A stretch of 64,000 nt of DNA from Eledone cirrhosa (lineage: Eukaryota): positions 2,232,001 to 2,296,000 of the forward strand of contig OZ024752.1 in NCBI GenBank assembly GCA_964016885.1. The letters run 5' to 3'. Below, piece by piece: positions 58,091 to 64,000 of the stretch. How positions within the stretch are numbered: the stretch's first letter is position 1; each line of letters opens with the position of its first letter. The position numbers were made by a program, and so were the translations under genes. The notes beneath the pieces were generated by a model. The model did no database searches. It was given only the letters and a program-made list of their open reading frames with translations, and was not told the DNA's origin.

Positions 58091-59683
58091 TACAGTAAAA
58101 TTGCCATGCCATCCGATAAAAGAACATGGCGAAATGGTGGCACTTAATTTCTAAATCTATCGAAAGTACTGCTTGAACATTCAGGAAAAAGATGCTTAAA
58201 CCGTGCCCTGGAGTATTTTACAGGACAAAAATGAAATAAAGGCCCTGTTAAAATCCATAGCGATGACACATACATACTTAAGTGTTCTATATTTAAAGTG
58301 ACCTCCGTTTGCCCAGTTAGATATAAGAAAACACATATTTGTTGAGAAGACATGAGGAAATGTGGACTAGTATAATAGCCACTTCTGAAAGCCGTGTTGA
58401 ACCAAGCTCAGATCTATACAGGGGAATGACGTGATAAGCAAAGAGATGGAATAGGGTAAAACTCGAAACATTCAACAAAGGAGAAGGAGTTATATTGACA
58501 AATATACACAGTGTTCTAAATAATCATAATTGGAATCCAAGCATTTTTTAGGCATGTGGTCAGTTTTAGCATACCCTATTTAAAAAGAGACACATTGATG
58601 GCTGTGAACTTCTTCCTAATAATTAACTATGGTTCTGTGATGCTCTTTGATTTGTTAACATATAACCTATGTCTTAGATAGCCACAGATATATAAATCTG
58701 GAAGGCTGGAATTATGTGGAGCCCACTCAAAATCAATCATCGAAATTATCACAGAGCAATTATTCAGCCACTCTCGCATCTCGATCGAGGTTTGAGTGCT
58801 TGCTCCCTCTTACTGCAATTCTCGGCAGAAACATCAATTCATTGAGAAATATGATATTTTCTTTTCAGTGGTTTGAACTAAATATATTCAGGGATTTATC
58901 AGTTTGCGTCAAAAAATAAATAATGTAGACAAATAATAATACGGTCAAATTTTAGTTATTCTGTAGATATGTATGTGCGTTCGTGTGTTCGTGCGCGTGG
59001 GTATATACGTATCTATACGTCTATATGTACGTAACTGTGTGTGTGTTTAAGTATACACGCACACAAACAAAAAGTATTTCAAGGGCCACACACAAACATA
59101 CTCACGTATATATTGTCATCTTAATACGCAATACGATCAATGTCAACATATCTCTTGAGAAGAACAATATTTAAATTCATCCAAGTATATGTGTTTTTTT
59201 ATTTTAATCTAAATCTAGTGACATCTGAAATTCACTTCACATTTATTGTTTTTATATTCCAATATATGTGTGACAAGATATTTAGAACAAACTATTATTG
59301 CTTCAATATTGATTACTTTTGACAATCTATAATGCCTACGTTTACAGCGTAGTGTGTAAGAATGATTAAACTGACAAGCGATTTATTTCACTAATTTAGC
59401 CGACTTTGAAGATTTGAAAGACAAACGCCCTCAAGGGAAGATTAAATTTCAAGATATGAATCTAAATAATTTAAGGTATTATTCCTGCGGTCGGCTATTA
59501 CATCTCACTTGCAGATCTTCTATCGCTGTATAAACGTGGCCACATACATATAATTTCGACATGCTTACAGATAAAAAATACAAACATACAAACGCACATA
59601 CACACACATATATATGTGTGCTTGTTTGTGTGAGTCTCAGCCTGTGTGATTTAGTGTGTGTGTGTGTGCGTATATATATATAT

Positions 59684-59740
<57 letters not shown>

Positions 59741-60179
59741 CATACGTACACACATACACATCTATATACTCATATACATATATAGACATTCGTACACAAT
59801 TCGCTGCAAGACCGTGGGTGACATCGCTTGTCAATTAGTGTAAGTGCAATTAATTCATGCTATGTGGCGAAATGGGGAAATTCATGTACGAATCAAAATA
59901 AATTACCTCCATTTCTTCTTGTTTGTATAGTCGTTATAATTACATACATACTACATACATACATACATACATACATACATACATACATACATACATACAT
60001 ACATACATACATACATAATCACACACGCGTACCTATACAAATATACAAAACTGGCTGAAATAGATGGACCTACTCGGCATTTACTAAGCGTTCCTCTCAC
60101 AAAGAGAACGAATGTTTTTGGCCTAAAACATGAAATTGTGCTCGAAACGCCATAGAGCAATGACGACCTCCTGAAATCC

Positions 60180-62161
60180 AACTTCGATTTGAAAACAGAA
60201 TAGAATTTTGATTTTCCAATTCAGGCCCATGACCCAATAGTGCAATATAATGGACGTACATTTGAAAACTGTATTTTACAGCCCCAAAATACATCCCTAA
60301 GTAAGACAACTTTGCTAGCATTTTTCGAACTTTGTCTAAATGACAGCTGTGCAGGAACACTAATATATGAACACACACCATCCTAATACACCTTTGTTGA
60401 ACAGATACGAAAATAAGGAAGACCAGTAGAAACCCATCCTGGAATAATTAAAGTAGCAACACTAAGCAGGATGTACGCAATATATCCAAGACAGTGAGAA
60501 TGTTTCCAACTGAGGATGCTGCGTAAAAGCTATTTGAGGCCTTTCGTGACTTTGAAGAATAATTTAGATTAAATAGTGCGGCTTGTAACATCGACCAGGA
60601 TACATAGATGTGGTGGTGCCTGTTGGAGTACAAAAATCAAAGGGATGCAAACCTTGCAAATGCGTCTCTATCTCTGACCGGCAAAGATATTTGAAATTTG
60701 CTCGCAATTATGTTTAAAACAAATGTGACTTATCCACTCCATCGTCGCTTTCCTTGAAATAGGGTACGGGCATCTACGAGGACATGAAACACGAAGAACA
60801 ATTGAGAAACCTTGGCATAAAAGGGACTTTCACAGATGAACATTATAACAGAGAATATAGAGACTTGTAGTCAAACTGCCAGAATATTGTACCTACTCTG
60901 CTTATACAAGGCCTTCTTCTCACCGATAGAACTAAATTGTATGGCCGGATAATTGCATTATTCCTAGAAGCTTCATACAGCGTAGAATATCTTTATCTCT
61001 TATATTTAAAAACAAGAGTCTATTTTATTGAATGATAAAAAATGTTATATAACATTATACTTAAGTGACATAGACAACATAATGGTGGCCTCTTGCTGCT
61101 CCACGTTGCACTGACAAAACTTTCTTGATAAACCTATTATCTAAAATTCTACAACAACAAAATATAGCTTTACCGGTTGCTTCATCTATACATCAGAAGA
61201 GGCAGAGTGTGTACAGAGGAAGAAAAAAAACTGGCCACGTCTCTTAAATATTCCGGGTTGATATACAAGCCTGAATCACTATTTACTATATATTTTGTGG
61301 TTACACGAGGTAACGAGTTCATGCTCATTGTTTAACAGTTGGTCCTTTGCAAACAGCAGCTGGATCGCTTCCTCAGAGCATAGGTTGCAAGGACGGAAAT
61401 TAGTCTCCAACTTAGATAAGTATTTGGAGGTCCGAAATATGGTCAGAAATTGATGTAGCATGTCGCGGAGCCGGGTTTCTAAATGAATGTTGGTGTTGGT
61501 AGTACCGGGTACTAAACTCGCATGTGGTTAATCCAATGTAGGCCTTGTTGGAGTGTTCCGTGCTCACGTTGCACTGATATAACACCTTTCGTTCGCGGCA
61601 TCTGTTGTTGAGGGGGCACCATGATCTATCCCGTTCTATTTGCGGCGATCCCAATTCCTGGTGAGAACATGTTTTACCATGTCCATTAACAAGTCACAAG
61701 GGCAAACATTGTCAGTGGCGGGCTTCCATTTCGATCAGCCATGCTTCTCCCATGGACAACTTTATGTTGCCTGTTCCCGCGTAGGGAGCAGGAATGGATT
61801 TTTGCTTTCACTCCTCAAGGGATGACACGCAATATCGTCTACAAAGATGTGGTATAGATGTTGGTGCAGGTATTGGAGGTGTTGGACCTATGCCGTCTAG
61901 AAAATTATTTCCTGGCAGTGTCACATATGGCGGACAGATCTGAACCCAGCGGTATCAGGGCCATCATCTTGCAACTTCAGTCTGCTAAATTCCCTATTGG
62001 AAGCTTATTAACCCATCATTCATTGTCCAAAATGCTAATTGGATCGTAACTTTTAATAACCGGTTCAACTGTTTTATGCACTCAATTGATGAGCTTATTC
62101 GCTTTCAAGCCACGTTTAGCTGAATAGAACATTTCATAGCAACGCCCGCATAAACTGCTAG
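60180..62161 (+). mobile_element. Decayed Helitron (RepHel fragments and CTAG 3' end)
   Basis: KTTLLAFFELCLND...GRPVETHPGIIK...SRMYAIYPRQ*ECFQLRML (60300-60525). RSQFLVRTCFTMSINKSQGQTLSVAG...FSHGQLYVACSRVG (61640-61800). CTAG at 62158-62161. May extend left to ~59800. Confidence 0.8.
61279..61620 (-). mobile_element. PLE GIY-YIG endonuclease fragment (Hydra-type) nested in the Helitron
   Basis: CPLNNRCRERKVLYQCNV...AYIGLTTCEFSTRYYQHQHSF...CNLCSEE...LLN...ELVTSCNH. Same architecture as 32340-32740. Confidence 0.85.
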
Positions 62162-62182
62162 TATTACATATATATGTATATG

Positions 62183-62213
<31 letters not shown>

Positions 62214-62223
62214 TATATATATT

Positions 62224-62281
<58 letters not shown>

Positions 62282-62447
62282 AATATATATATATATATAC
62301 ATATATATGTAATACTAGCAGTTTATCCGGGCGTTGCTCTGATTTGTTCATTTGCTATGAAATGTTCTATTCAGCTAAACGTGGCTTGAAAGCGAATAAG
62401 CTCATCAATTGAGTGCATAAAACAGTTGAACCGGTTATTAAAAGTTA
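62047..62447. repeat. ~400 bp palindrome duplicating the Helitron 3' end and its microsatellite flank
   Basis: 62047-62175 is the reverse complement of ~62300-62447 (one 18 bp indel). Centre is (CA)n(TA)n(TG)n. Confidence 0.92.
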
Positions 62448-62449
62448 TG

Positions 62450-63143
<694 letters not shown>

Positions 63144-63461
63144 GGATACTATTTATGGTTATGTATATACTAAAACCTTTTATAGTTATATATATATTAT
63201 ACCCTAAATAGTGAAAGACAGTAATGTATTACTATCTTATTACCAGTAAGATAAAGAGCTCAATGTAACAACATCAGTTGTTTTACAGAGAAGTTATATA
63301 GAGATTACATGAAACAAAGTTCTGTTTAAATCATTTATCTGCTTACAAATGTTTCTTCCAAACCGAGGTTTGGAGTCTTCGGAGCAATTATTCAGTGATT
63401 TTTAACATACTTCACCTCCTTTTCAACACAAGATACATATAGAAACATATGTACATATTGT
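63144..63461 (-). mobile_element. Family K element, second copy; HHR at 63340-63386 (core CCGAAGA)
   Basis: Homologous to 46212-46530. Minus strand: tgct-ccgaaga-c-tccaaacc-tc-ggtttgga-a-gaaa-catttg-ta-agca. Confidence 0.75.
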
Positions 63462-63469
63462 AATCTCTC

Positions 63470-63493
63470 TCTCTCTATATATATTTAATATAA

Positions 63494-63591
<98 letters not shown>

Positions 63592-63594
63592 AAT

Positions 63595-63629
<35 letters not shown>

Positions 63630-63860
63630 CTACATATATATTATATATAATATAAGTATATATATATATATAAAGAGATATATATATATATTACATATAT
63701 ATATATATGTAATATATACATATATGTAATATATCACCTGAAGAAGGGTTTATGCCCGAAACGACCCCCCCCACACACTCTCAAGAGCGTGAAACTAATA
63801 AACCTTTTTTTCGTTCTGCTTCTCTGTTTTGTTCCCGTTCCACTTTTCACTATATATATA

Positions 63861-63941
<81 letters not shown>

Positions 63942-63960
63942 TATATAATATATATATATA

Positions 63961-64000
<40 letters not shown>
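63470..64000. repeat. Compound (TA)n microsatellite with one unique island
   Basis: Direct reading. Confidence 0.96.
63735..63850 (+). mobile_element. pLTR-like island with partial HHR (63735-63763)
   Basis: cac-ctgaaga-a-gggt-ttat-gccc-gaaa-cg, then disrupted. AATAAA downstream; (TA)n flanks. Confidence 0.5.

Noticed and set aside
58100-58900. Possible old LINE coding remnant
   Set aside because: Only faint similarity; no diagnostic motif.

Overview
AT-rich, gene-free eukaryotic DNA. The repeat families suggest a coleoid cephalopod such as Octopus (inference). No intact host gene is visible, and nearly all ORFs in the supplied track are microsatellite artefacts. The window holds long (TA)n/(TG)n/(TC)n tracts and decayed mobile DNA: about 11 copies of a tRNA-derived MetaSINE-like family, CORE-type SINEs, RTE LINE pieces, a deleted mariner, two Helitron remnants, and five coding remnants of Penelope-like elements (PLEs; RT and/or C-terminal GIY-YIG). 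The main signal is non-coding. By eye I find about 20 type-I hammerhead ribozyme (HHR) motifs, some decayed, on both strands, belonging to roughly a dozen families. Most are small non-coding units (0.2-0.7 kb) in or beside (TA)n with PLE-style architecture: fixed 3' ends, tandem repeats and 5' inversions or fold-backs. They include HHRs with 55-90 nt stem II inserts, U3-A8 and C4 core variants, and a recurrent 10.1-11.1 mismatch. One ~680-705 nt tandem family shows compensatory stem changes between copies, making it a candidate retrozyme/circRNA. All alignments and folds were done by eye. Ribozyme activity is untested and clade names are from motif recall.
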